Source of the DNA: Callorhinchus milii | Taxonomy: Eukaryota | Assembly: GCF_018977255.1 (NCBI RefSeq) | Contig: NW_024704742.1 | Coordinates: 63,800,001-63,864,000 of the forward strand | DNA: 64,000 bases | Direction: 5' to 3' | Shown here: piece by piece, positions 1 to 11,759 of the stretch | Layout: every line of letters starts with the position of its first letter | Numbering within the stretch: position 1 is the first letter of the stretch | Translations under genes and position numbers: made by a program | Notes under the pieces: generated by a model | What the model saw: the letters and a program-made list of their open reading frames with translations, nothing else | Told to the model about the DNA's origin: nothing | Database searches by the model: none

Positions 1-2044
1 GAATCCTTTATTGCCAAAAAAAATCAGTGTCCTCCGTATTAAAATGTGAAATGGAATAAAAACTCAATGGATACAACAGCACACTCTCTCTCTTCTACTG
101 ACCATCTTGTATTTAACACACCAGTTGTCACATCTGCTCATTTAACTAATCCGACTGCCTCGAACCATCACCACCTTCTCTGTGCCTTTAAAGCTCCATC
201 CCACTAGCGTGTCCCCAAGCCGTTACACATCTGTAAATTCCAGCTACTCAAATACGTCATCCGTATTGACTGAAGTGTTGAATAAGCGGACAATGCAAAA
301 TGGTTTGCAATAGTAATTGCTGGACATTACAATTACCCAGTAAGGGGAGAGGTCATTTCAAAAGTGCAAAGGCTATCTCAATTTATTAGTGTGTTACTTG
401 GGCAAAACTAGAACGGGGTTTAGAGAATCCATTGTGACAAAACAAATGAAACCGGACCATTTACCTTGCATATTTTCTCCTGCTTGTGGTGCCTTCTGCC
501 AATGACACTTTTTTTCTTTAACTGGGCAGCTGGGGGCAGGGTTACTGATGGACATCATGAACACTGTGATCAGTGAGTAATGTAGTCTACAATTACAAGT
601 GTCACCTAAAGGGTAGAATGCACTACACCAGTCTAACCTCTTGGTTCCGAGTGCTCTGATGTAGTGCCCATCAGTGAGAGGCAAAGACACACTCCTTTGT
701 GGTCAGTCAAGGTCTGGATTAATACGCAAATCTTCTGGATTGCTTGGCTAACACAGTCTCCCCTGGATCGCTTACTCCATTGGAGCTTTGAACAGTACAA
801 CAGGGTGCCCAGTTCATTGGACAACTGGCTGACTCAATCCAGCCATGTGGGAAGATTTCTCACTGTTCCTGCAACAATTTAATAACACAACATTTTGCAT
901 GTGTGAACAAAAATCAAGCTAAGTCTGCATCAGAACAAAGCTGTACCCAAATCCAAACCACTCCCACTGCCCACACTCCAGCTAACATGTGTTGTTTTAA
1001 ACCGTGAATCCAGCTGACACACTCACTGCCCAGTTTGGCAGCAATACTTGGGGGAAAACTTGCAGATGGGGAATTGCGTGCTTGCTGTTGCGACAGGATT
1101 TGTAGCTTCAAAATAGTATATTGTTCTGTGAAACAAAATGGGCTAGCAAAGGCCTTTCTGAAACTTGCTGAAGTCTGTGTAGGACTGCAGTAAATTAGAC
1201 TGTAGGTACATATATGTAAGATGAGAAGTGCTAGAGAGATACACAAAGAGCCCTGGGTTATGTTTTTTTAGATGCAAAATCTTGGGTGCAATACAGTACT
1301 ACATAGTATGTGAAAGGAAGCATTATTGACTGGAAGTATTAGGGTTGGTGAAGAGAAAGAAAGGATTCCTTGTACAACTTCAGACGAGGTGGGAAACAGG
1401 CAAACTTCTTTTGCTTCCCCTTACCTTGGTGAAATAAGCCAATGTTCTGATCACTTGCTCCATGTGAACTGCAATAATATAGATTAACTGGACTCCCAGA
1501 ATGTGCTATACTCAAATAAATAACCATGCGTTTCTTTCCATAGTAGAACCCGATTTCAGAAACTGTTACATTATCCTACTAAACACACCTCAAGTCTAGT
1601 CTCGAAACAACCTGATTTATCATGGTTTCAGCTCAGGCACTTGGCGATGTGGATTATTATCTGGATATATAAAATATATACTTTTGCTAATGTGCATAGA
1701 CATTTATCATAATCATAGCTACTACGTAGCAAAATATCTACCTTATAAACCTAGCCGTGCAAGTGAGCGGATGGTAAAAATGTGAACTGGGCCAAATTCA
1801 GATCAATCCAACATTCTTCTGACCAACATCATATCTTTACCCTCATCCCATCTAATTACAGTTCAAAGTTATGAATGTCACATTTATCCCCTGCTTAAGG
1901 TTTTGTACTAAATTCATATTAAGATTTTAAAAAAAGCCGCTATCCCTTTCAATACATAATGACTGTAGAAAGGATGGTCTGAATGTAGTCCCTCCTTATA
2001 AGGAGGTTGTGTGTGTGTAACCCTGGGACATGCTCTCGATCCAA
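1..2044 (-). other. PALLD: Probable PALLD 3' UTR (may extend beyond the window)
   Basis: Follows the stop codon; 2 kb with no recognisable SINE/LINE, unlike the introns; minus-strand AATAAA at 382-387 and 7-12. Confidence 0.55.
1949..1962 (-). CDS. PALLD: Candidate alternative palladin C-terminus via a downstream acceptor (…LDVL-VIMY*)
   Basis: ccatcctttctacag|TC ATT ATG TAT TGA; phase-1 join to exon 5221-5354 gives 4 residues then a stop, the same length as the mammalian LDVY-ISRH* ending (recalled). Confidence 0.4.
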
Positions 2045-2217
2045 CTACAGATCATCACTTTCCACCAGGTCGTGCTGAGATGTGAGGTGGACTGGGTTCG
2101 CTTCTGGCAGGAATGCTGACTTGATGTCAAGTCCTTGGTCAGTAAGTGCTGCATAGCGGCTTGTGGAAGGTCGCACCTTCTTTGGCTTTGAGATTGGCGT
2201 CTGATGCCACTGAGGAG
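2045..2217 (-). CDS. PALLD: Palladin C-terminal coding exon (APQWHQTPISKPKKVRPSTSRYAALTDQGLDIKSAFLPEANPVHLTSQHDLVESDDL*)
   Basis: ttttttaactttcag|CT CCT CAG TGG ... GAT CTG TAG; phase 1; matches palladin KPKKVRPSASRYAALSDQGLDIK...VESEDL. Confidence 0.96.
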
Positions 2218-2289
2218 CTGAAAGTTAAAAAAAAAGGCGTTAGAAATGATGATCCTTAGTAGTGCGAGACATAGATTTCTCTCATTGTA

Positions 2290-2470
2290 AGGGAAGTGGG
2301 AAGGGGGTGGAGAGGAAAGAGAAAAAGAGGGGAGAAAGAAGAACAAATAAGAGAAAGGAAGAGAAAGAAAGAGACCCACACAACAATTTGCATTTATACA
2401 TAGAGAGATAGAAAAAGACAGAGAAAGAGAGAGAGAGAGGTAGAGAGAGAGAGAAAGCAGGAAAGAAAGA
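2290..2470. repeat. GA-rich low-complexity tract / (GA)n
   Basis: gagagagagagaggtagagagagaga; pyrimidine tract on the transcribed strand upstream of the last acceptor. Confidence 0.85.
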
Positions 2471-3192
2471 TCTAAAACACAATATTGTATTTGCAACCAA
2501 CATTTGTGTAACTACAACATCCACTTTGTATTCATCTGATATGGAATTTATTGGCTGGAAATTTCAGTGTCATAAACAAACCGGGCAGCATTCATATCCA
2601 ATACAGTATTTACAAACCCAAAGTCAATTAATGCAACAAACCCAGCTTGTAAATGCTGTGTTTTAGACCTTAGTAGAGGATAAAAACTAAAGAGTAAGCA
2701 GAATATGTATTTGCATAGCTGTGCTTGAACTAATAATAATACACCAAAAATCTCGCAGGTATTTCGGAATATAATTTCAAGTGACCTTTTCACCATTTTA
2801 TCATGCCGCTAACAGGGATGCAAGATTAACAGTCCAGAAATATCAACCATAAAGCCAACTTATATGTGCTGCATCCTTACAGAGAAACAAATTGTCCTCA
2901 ACAGTCCTTCCTCCTTTAAGTAAAGCTAGAAAATCCTACACAAATGGGGAAGGTTATAATGGATGGTGTCCAGTCAATGTTGAGCTAAACTCGGGTAACA
3001 ATCGAATGGGATTGTTATGCTGCAATATCAGGATTGAAATGGCTGATTTCTCTCATTGATTTCCTTCTAGGCCTGTGTAGGCCGCTCATCTAAACACATT
3101 TTAAGCTTGCGAAATTGCAGTTACACCATCAACAAGTGGACCATCTAACCTATAACTGTTTTTTTCCCAAAATAAATAAAAATTGAGAGTAA

Positions 3193-3560
3193 GTAATAAT
3201 AATACTTGCATTTGATATAACGTCTAATCATGTCATTGTGACATCTCAAAACGCTTCAGAGCATATACTGCAAAGTGAATTGACTATGCACTTGTGGACG
3301 AACGAGGTAGCCAGTTGCACACATGTCCCACAAACAGCCACAAAGTGCATGATCACCCTTACGTGGGGGATATTTTGGACAAAACACCAGAACAGAAAAA
3401 CTCCCCTCTCTCTTCAAACGGTGGCACAGGATCCCCAAAGTCCACCTGAACAGGCAGACGAGACCTCGGTTTTAACGTCTCATCCAAAGGATGGCACCTC
3501 CAACATTGCAGCACACACCAGCATTGCATTGGAGTGTCATCTTAGATTATACGAGTTCAA
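3193..3560 (-). mobile_element. SINE family B (SacSINE1/DeuSINE-like), 5'-truncated
   Basis: Minus strand ggaggtgccatcctttggatgagacgttaaaaccgaggtctcgtctgcctgttcaggtggac (Deu-domain-like) plus the shared tail. Confidence 0.8.
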
Positions 3561-4065
3561 ATCCCTTACAGATTACAGATTTTCTGTAAATAATTAACTT
3601 TATATTTAAATTCACTGTGAAGTATGTGTAGAATGACATGAATTAGAACTACAGAGGAACAGCGTTGCAAAGCTTGGAGGAGTGTGATCGACGAAATAGA
3701 GAGTCAGGAAAGGGTGTGACAAATAAGAGAGGAAACAAGGGTAAGAGAAAGAGCATCTCACAAAGGTCCATTCCTGTGTGTCCTAGAGTACAAGAGTAGT
3801 GCCAGGAAAGACCTCCCTAGATATGGGGGCTGAATTCAAATCCAGGATGCACTTGACTTTATTTAATCTTTGCTGAGTGAAAGAAGGAAACGTTTTGGAT
3901 TGAAATCGAGCTTTCTGGAGGCCTTTTCAACATTGAAGGAGATATAAGAATTTGACTTGAGATCAGAGACAACAGCAGCAACTACTTGACCTTCACGCAG
4001 GATAGCATCCCAGAGCTCTTGAAATAATGAAGAGCTCCACCTAAAACACATCTAGGACACACGGG

Positions 4066-4386
4066 AAATAATAATAATAATACTAATATTCCTGGCATTT
4101 GATATAGCGCTTTTCATGTCTTCTTGACGTCTCAAAGTGCTTCACAGAATATGCTGTAAAGTGAATTGACCGTATATTTGTGGGCGAAATTCAGCAGCCA
4201 ATTGCGCACAGCAGTGTCCCACAAACAGTCGTGGATTGAAAATGACCAATTATTGTTTTGTGTTGGAGGGATTATTATTAGGTGTGTGAAGTAAGGAAAT
4301 TTGCCCAAGGTTTCACCCTGCCTGGAATTGAACCCAGGTGTCTCGCTTGCAAGGCAAGTGCTCTAACCACTGAGCTACAGGACTCC
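4066..4386 (-). mobile_element. tRNA-derived SINE family A, short variant, full length
   Basis: Minus strand: TAGCTCAGTGG A box, GGTTCAATTCC B box, ccttgggcaa segment, tgtttgtgggacactgctgtgcgcaattggctg segment, L2-like tail ending (ATT)n. Confidence 0.9.
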
Positions 4387-5220
4387 ACATAGGAAGCATC
4401 CAAGAGCTCTTGAAATGATGAAGAGCTCTACCTAAAACACATCTAGGACACACAGGAAAAATAATAATAATAATAAGAAGGTCGTAGTTAGATGCTCTTT
4501 CCCTCACCCTTATTTCCTGTCTTATCCGTCACATCCTTTCCTGATTCTCTATTTCATTAAAATAAAGAAACTTCCATCTAAAATCTGAGATGGGAAAAGT
4601 CCAAGCGATTGTCAAATACTCACTAACATTTGTTCGCAAACCATACTGTGGAAGTTAATGTTGTTGACAATTTTCAAATCCCTTCAGGCATTTTTTTTAA
4701 AACTAGGTACAAAAGTCTCCTTCAAAATTATGTGTTCTTAAGGATCATAATAATAATAATCTTTGCATTTGATATAGCGCCTTATCACGTCATTGAGATA
4801 TCATAAAGAGCTTCACAGGATTAAATGTGAAGTGTATTTTCACTGTATTTTGTAGGCGAAAATGGCAGCCAATATTGCGCATGCCATGTTCTGCAAACAG
4901 CCATGGAGTAAGTGACAAATTTCATCTGGGGGATTGTTGGCTATGACACCGGGAGAAACTCTCTTCATGAAGTAAAATAGGATGGTTTGGGGTTGGGGGA
5001 ACCAATTGGTTTAGGCAGCAGTTAAATCGCACAATTGGAAAATAATGATAATCTTTACATTTGGTATAGCGCCTTTCATGTCAGGAGGGCATCTGAAAGA
5101 GTTTTATAGGAGTATACTACAACTTGTAGTACTTTGGGGGTTAACACCATAATGTTAAAGTTATAAATAACACAATGTGACAAAGTTGCAGAGGTCAGAA
5201 ACAGAAGAACACAAACTGAC

Positions 5221-5354
5221 CGAGGACATCCAGCTTAGCTGTGCAAGATATTATCCCAGCCTCGTTCTTAGCAGACACTGTGTACCAGGCAGCGTCCTCC
5301 TTAGTAGTTGGCTGAATGAGCAGGCAGATGTAGCCTTTATTGTCGTGGTGAATG
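5221..5354 (-). CDS. PALLD: Palladin coding exon (IHHDNKGYICLLIQPTTKEDAAWYTVSAKNEAGIISCTAKLDVL), Ig5 second half
   Basis: ttttaccactag|C ATT CAC ... CTC G|gtcagt; 134 nt, phase 2-1. Confidence 0.96.
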
Positions 5355-5424
5355 CTAGTGGTAAAATAAAAAATCCAGTTACTAATCCATCAGTAACAAA
5401 GAAACCAACAACCACCACCATATA

Positions 5425-5835
5425 ATACATTAATCTTTACATACTAAAAAAGATGTGCTTTTAACTTCGGCAGCAAGTCTCAAAATGCTTCAGAGGATTC
5501 AAAGTGAAGTGGAGTAGACAAAGGTGGCAGCCAGTTTGCATACAGCAATGTCCCACAAACAGTTATGAAGTGAATTTATTTGGGAGGATCGTTGGAAAGG
5601 ACACCAGGAAAAATGCTCTTCTTTTTGAATAGTGTAATGGGATCTTTAATGTCCATCTGAACAGGCAGACTGGGCCCCGGTTTGACATCTAAATCATGTC
5701 ACCTTCAATAACGCAGTGAGCTTTTCCACAGCACTGCACTGAGAACTAGCCTAGACTTCCACATCTCAACATGGTGCCTGAACCCACAACTTTCTGACTC
5801 AGAGGCGAAAGTGCTATCAACTGAGCTAGCCTGGC
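5425..5835 (-). mobile_element. SINE family B, near full length
   Basis: Head gctcagttgatagcactttcgcctctgagtcagaaagttgtgggttca; Deu-like core; tail. Confidence 0.8.
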
Positions 5836-6883
5836 ATACAACACACATACAACTCTTCATGTAGAGCAAGATCATGTGTTTCACACAGATGGTGAAGGTC
5901 ACCAAGCTTGTGGGGGTGAAGGGACAGCGTATAGGGGAAGTGACCAAAGGAGGTAGAGTTTTACAAAATTGGCTTTGGAAGATAGAGAGGGTGAGATGGA
6001 GTTTATTAACCACACTGGTAACCTCTGTGCAAAATATCAATAATTTAGAACCACATGCACCAAATGCAGAGATCATTATATTAGTATCTCTGCTTATAGA
6101 TGGGTAGTCGGTAACAACTTCTTCCAAAAGAGAAGAGAGTTTCTCCTGGTGTCCTGGCCAACAATTCTCCCAAATAAAATTGGTCACTCACTTCATAGCT
6201 GTTTGTGGATATTGTTGTGAGCAAATTATGAGGCCACATTGGGCAACTGCTGCTCTCTTGGTGTTTATAAGGTCACAAGATTGTTTTGGATGAAGAAGGC
6301 CCTTTGGCCCATTAGATCTCATCCAATCCAGACCACCCATCCTATCACCACCACCATCTCCCCAATCACCGCAGCAAGCTGCTTTGTAAATGTTTGATTC
6401 TTAAATGGTAGATTTTAAACAGGCGGCAGTTGAACGAACTACCATTGTGGACGTTTCAGGTGATGAAAATTGCTACCAGAGTCTGTAAAGGGTTAAACAC
6501 CGAAAAATGGTTTAACGTGGATGGAATCTGTGGAATTTTCATGTTTACAGAAGACTTAAACCCTACGTTTCAATTTCATGTTATTAAATGGATGGAAAGC
6601 TTTGAAAAAAAGGGAGTCTTATACAATTTCTTGCAAATGAGTCATTGTTTTCCCTGGACAGCCTAATAGCTACCTACTGATGTGTCTCCCTTCAACCTCA
6701 ATCTCATCACAAAGCAACACGTTTGCCTTTGAACAGCCATCTCTGGAAGGATCAAAAAGATAGATTCGAAGACATCCAACTGTTTATGGATTCTGGTTAA
6801 CAGGCCGAGGAATTTATTTCCAACGAAGCATTCCGATCATTATTCACAGTCTTAAGTCCGGGACGGAGTCTGACAGCAGAAAA

Positions 6884-7032
6884 CCTGGCCTGACCTCATC
6901 TCACCACCAACCCCCGGGCCTGGCCTCACTTCACTCACTGACCTGGCTTCATCTCACTCCTGGCCTGACCTCATTCACCAGCCTACCCCGGCCTGACCCA
7001 CCCCTTCACCTCATCCCCTGGCCTCACCTCAC
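6884..7032. repeat. Degenerate pentamer array (CCTCA/CCTGG/CCTGA) abutting an exon donor
   Basis: cctggcctgacctcatctca repeated with variation. Confidence 0.75.
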
Positions 7033-7193
7033 GCGCTCAGTGTTCTGAGTCAATGATTCGTTGTCCTTCTTCCAGAAGATCTGTGGGTACGGGACTCCGG
7101 ACACACGGCACTCTAACCGCACAGGATATCCTTCAGCAACTCCCGTGTTCTGCAGCTTCTCTATGAATACTGGGGCTCTCACCATCTCTTTGG
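7028..7193 (-). CDS. PALLD: Palladin coding exon (KEMVRAPVFIEKLQNTGVAEGYPVRLECRVSGVPYPQIFWKKDNESLTQNTERV), Ig5 first half
   Basis: ttcttccaacag|CC AAA ... GTG AG|gtgagg; 166 nt, phase 1-2. Confidence 0.97.
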
Positions 7194-7269
7194 CTGTTGG
7201 AAGAACATAAACAGTCAGAAGCACAGAAATCACAGTGAAGGATGAAGCCAGTTCATTCAGCAAGCAACA

Positions 7270-7830
7270 TTTAGTCAGGGTCTGTCACATCAGAAATCCA
7301 TCACCCTACCTAACAACGTCCAACCCAGACTGAGCTCTCTCTCTATATATATATCTACACACACACACAGGCCACCTGCACATGGGAATTCATGTGTCTG
7401 GAATGGAATGCACACACTCTCTCCCTGGAGGGACACATCCTGCTTACCTTATTCCATAGAGTGTTAGATGTAGATTGGCAAGAGCTAAAGTTTGGGGACC
7501 CCACCCCAGCACGTATGTTGGGGGTACTGCTGGAGTTTAACCAGCTAAAAAAACAATAACATACCTTGCCAATGAAAACACTGTCTGGAAAGCTTCCCAC
7601 CGCTTGCCTGGCTAAGACCAACCAACAACATTTATATAAAACACCTTCACGTGGGCAGCATCTCAGGAGTGCCTACCTGTTGGGGCTTTACTTTGCAGGG
7701 TTAGCAGGAGCAAAATAGGAAGAATCCCTGCTCCCCGTGACTGGTCTGACCCCCTCCCTTTACCAAAAGTCCCACCATTGAGCCAAGGCTGGCTAGTCTA
7801 TCATCAGCAGTGCCCAATGTCTTGTGAGCA
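7270..7830 (-). mobile_element. Family C repeat, diverged, with an L2-type tail inserted (about 7620-7672)
   Basis: ggaatggaatgcacacactctctccctggagggacacatcc...tcatcagcagtgccc. Confidence 0.7.
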
Positions 7831-8972
7831 TAAAGTGGTGCTAGTTCATCCATTGGCGCCATCACTCTAATCCTTTTATACTCTCTCTCTCTTCAAATGA
7901 TCACCCAGTAGTGTGAAAATTTTCAAGGCAGGTTTTCTTACTCCACACGCCTTGGTTTATCTAGCAGTAACTAGGAACCCACTGAGTTGTTGGTCGACTG
8001 GCGAATCGCTTTCCGGGGGAATAATCCCTTCCAAAAAATAAACAAAAAAATGTGTTCTGTTCTGAAAATATCCTTTTTGTGGAATTCCGAAAAAGAGCCT
8101 GGAGAGGTGCCAAAAGTGACTCGAGATAATATTTTTGAATTCCCCTTTTCTGCTTTGTCAGAAATGAAATGATTTTCTGAGCACCTTCTTGGACTTGCAG
8201 TTCCAATACTGCTTCCTGCTCAACTGACCGGGGTGAAAAGGGCTGAAGTCAGCGCTTCCTGAAGGCAGAGTCAGGTTCTCCTCAGCCTGGCTGTGCACTC
8301 ATCACCCAGTGCCACTCAACAGTGATTTGTGCTCAACATTTTAAATGGATGAACTTTTCTTCACCTTGGGAGTGTCTCTAGTACTGGAAGAGCTTCAAAC
8401 AAAACTGGCTGAACACTACTTAACTGGTACAGCAAAAGTTTCCAGTCAGAACCTGGAGCAATTTCTTGGAGGGAGGAGATGTCTGGAACCCTTGTGCAAG
8501 ATACAAAAAGTTTTTGTTTTAAAACTGACTCTCTTCTGTGCATTATCCCCTACACAACATGTCATCTCGATTAAAGGGTTCATACCCAAGCTTCTCTTTC
8601 AGATGTTTAACTTTTTTCTTTTTTTCAAGGAATTATTTTAGATTGACAGAGTCATTGCACTTTACAGTACACCCTGCCAAGTGCTTCGAGATCTCCTCCC
8701 GACGGAAATGGTGCCATATGAAATGAAAGGTTTATTATGATGGTTAATGCAACAAAAGGTTAAGGTGGGATCCGAGTTTAATTCACACTCAAATGGTATG
8801 CTACGTGACTGGTAATTTCGATGAATGGCACAGGCCCAATGCTTTAGTTGTACTTTAATTTGGGGTGGGGGGAATGTGAAGTAGAAGGAAGTGCGAGTTG
8901 GAGCCAGACCTAGGAATCAGCTGACTAGTCTCGATCACAATATTAATCTTTTCAAAAATGTCATAATTAGAA

Positions 8973-9350
8973 TATAGCTCAGTGGTTAGAGCACCTGCCT
9001 TGCAAGCGAGAGGATCCGGGTTCGATTCCTGGGCAAGGCGAAATGTTGAGCAAGTTTCCTTACTCCACACTCCTCGGTTTACCTAGCAGTAAGTAGGAAC
9101 CCGCTTGTTAGTCAATTGGCGGATCGCTTTTCCGGGGGAATTAATCTCTTCAAAATAAATAAATAATAAATAATAATGATTTGGTCATTTCAATCCACAA
9201 CTGTTTGTCGGACACTGCTGTACGTAATTTACTACTGTGTTTTGCCTGCAAATTTTACAGTCAATGCACTTTACAGTATATTCTGTGAAGAGCTTTTGAG
9301 ACATCTAGAAGACGTGGTAAGGTGCTATATCAAATGGAAGGTTTATTATT
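8973..9350 (+). mobile_element. SINE family A, long variant
   Basis: tagctcagtggttagagc...ggttcgattcc head, extra gtttacctagcagtaagtaggaacc...gttagtcaattggcggatcgc segment, tail ...caaatggaaggtttattatt. Confidence 0.9.
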
Positions 9351-10330
9351 AGTAATAGTATCATATCTCGTAATTTTCACTTTATTAGTTACTTTAGTAC
9401 CATTAGACTAATCTGTCGACTGTTGTAATGTGGTGAATCCAATAGAAAGTCTAATCAGAGAGCCTCACAAAAATATTATTGCATTTTGTTTCAATGCCAT
9501 TAGATTGCCACGGACACACAGACAGGTGTGAACCTGGTTGTGGTGCAATGAATCTGAGAACAATCCCTAAAGAAGTCCTGTCTAGTCTGCTATATATAAT
9601 ATGCTGCATGTTTCTCTCTCCCAACGTTGAGCTCTTTAGAGTCATTTCCACAAATAATTGCTGTTAATTCACAAACATGAATTTGAAGGCTAATGTGACA
9701 ACCAATTTGCACACAGCAATATCCCACAAGCAGCTGTAAAATGAACAGTGTGTTCCTTGTGATGGTTACTCCAAGGAATGAGTTATAAACAGACAACAAC
9801 AAACAAACATACATTTATATAGAGACTTTCACACAGAATAGTGTCTCGGAGAACTTCACAGTGGCTGGGTTAGACACAGGAGAAGGAGAGGGGAGAGGGG
9901 GAAGGGGAAGTTGACTATAGGCATGGTTGAAGAGCTAAGTCTTGAGGAGGGATTTAAAGATAGATACAGAAAGGAAGATAGACAAAGGTTCCACTTCCAA
10001 TTGGGAACATTAGACCCAGCAGCAGAGCTGTTTAGTGTATGTCAATAATAATAATGTCCTGGACACCAGAGTAGCAATGTTATCTTGATATTAAGTTGCA
10101 TAGTTTGGTGACTAGAAAATATGACACATGCATGAGTGAGGAGAGAACAGAGGGTATAGGAGAGTGCAATAGGATGGGGAGGTTAGTGCAGGGTATAAAC
10201 ACTAGCACAGATTAGTTGGGCCGAATAGCCTGTTTCTGTGCCTATCAGCTCATGGCCCAATGTAGGACTTGAACCCACAATCTTCAGGCTCAAAAGGCAA
10301 GTTTTATATCAACGGAGCCAGCAAACATAC

Positions 10331-10538
10331 CTGCAACTAAGAGTTCCAGGTTGAAGAAGTTCTGCCCAGCTCGATTGGTGGCTATGCAGGTGTATATCCC
10401 AGCATCTTTGGCAGTGACTGGTTCTATGACCAGGGAGTGAATGCCGTTCTCACGCACAAGCATTTTGTGGTTGGCATCGGAGTGGATCTGGTTCCCGTTC
10501 AATTGCCAAATCAGATCCGGAGTTGGCAGCCCACTGAC
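10331..10538 (-). CDS. PALLD: Palladin coding exon (VSGLPTPDLIWQLNG...HKMLVRENGIHSLVIEPVTAKDAGIYTCIATNRAGQNFFNLELLVA), Ig4
   Basis: cttttacttgcag|GTC AGT ... GCA G|gtatgt; 208 nt, phase 0-1. Confidence 0.97.
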
Positions 10539-10669
10539 CTGCAAGTAAAAGAGATACAGCGTTAACAGTTGTGAAGGGTTTGAAAAAAACAGACTGATAA
10601 CATTATAAAGCTGCTCATCTGAAGAGGACTGCTACTGCTTGTACGTACATCAATGGATGGGAACCCTTC

Positions 10670-11075
10670 AAACATAGGAACAGGAGAACATTCAGCCCCT
10701 CGAGCCTGTTCTGCCATTCTATTAGATCATGGCTGATCTGTACCTCAACTCCATTTACCTTCCTTTGCTCCATATCCCTTGAAACCCTGAGCTAACAATA
10801 ATCTATCAACTGCAGTCTTGAAAATTTGAATGGATCCAGCATCCACAGCCTTTTGGGGAGAGAGTTCCAGATTTCCACTACCCTTTGGGTGAAAAACTGC
10901 CTCCTGATTTCACTCCTAAATGGCCTCGCACTAATTTTAAGATTATGGCCCCCTTGTTCTGAATTCCCCACCGGAGGAAACAGTTTCTCCATATCTACCC
11001 AATCAAATCCATTTATCATTTTAAACACCTCAATTAGATCATCCCGCAACCTCCTAAACACAAGGGAAACTAAAC
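10670..11075 (-). mobile_element. CR1 LINE 3' fragment
   Basis: ORF 10792..11082 reads RRLRDDLIEVFKMING...GHNLKI...RQFFTQRVVEIWNSLP; 3' UTR agatcagccatgatct...aggggctgaatg. Confidence 0.92.
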
Positions 11076-11759
11076 AATCCAAATAAAAGATTTAGGGGTT
11101 TTCTACTTGAACATCAACAGTATAAGCTTGACTTGATGGCCTAGTGAATGCAGCAATAAAACATATAAAGCAAAAAGTTGCAGGTTCATTGACCTGAGTT
11201 ACATTCCCCCTCCCAGTCTGATTATTTTTGATGCGGACATGTTCAGCACTGTGTGCCTCTGCTTGTAATGCAGAGCTTAAGAACCAGAATCATCAGTTTA
11301 CTTCTTTCCGAACTCTCACGGCTGCAACGTCCTTTGGAAGGTGGGTGCCTTATACTGCTACAACAGGGCATAATTAGTGGCATTTCTCGATGAAATTTCT
11401 TATTAGGAAACCCAGTAAATTCTGCTCCAAAAGTAGATGGTTCACCATAATTCGCCCTTCCTCTGTAGCATATTATTTGCCTGTCTTTTTGGCTAAGGAA
11501 CACTGCACATCCCAAGGAGAAAGCAAATGCATTAAGGACGCAGACCACACACTGGAAAGTATTTACAAAGAGGTTCCAGTGGCTGTTAAGTTAAGTAAAG
11601 CGGATTCTTCACTTCTCAGATTCTTTCCTACTGCGCTGAGCATCTGTTCAGAGCACAGCACGTCATAGCGATTTCACCTAAACTCATCTGCAGTAACCTC
11701 AGTAACACAGTGTGGGGGTGGAGGGAAAAGCTCATTCAATACACTGCATAATTTATTCA

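Noticed and set aside
1996..2524. 166-aa and 80-aa Leu/Ser/Phe-rich ORFs
   Set aside because: Translations of the (CT)n tract; the true exon is in a different frame.
10792..11082. 96-aa ORF as a host gene
   Set aside because: C-terminal remnant of CR1 ORF2 in a 5'-truncated copy.
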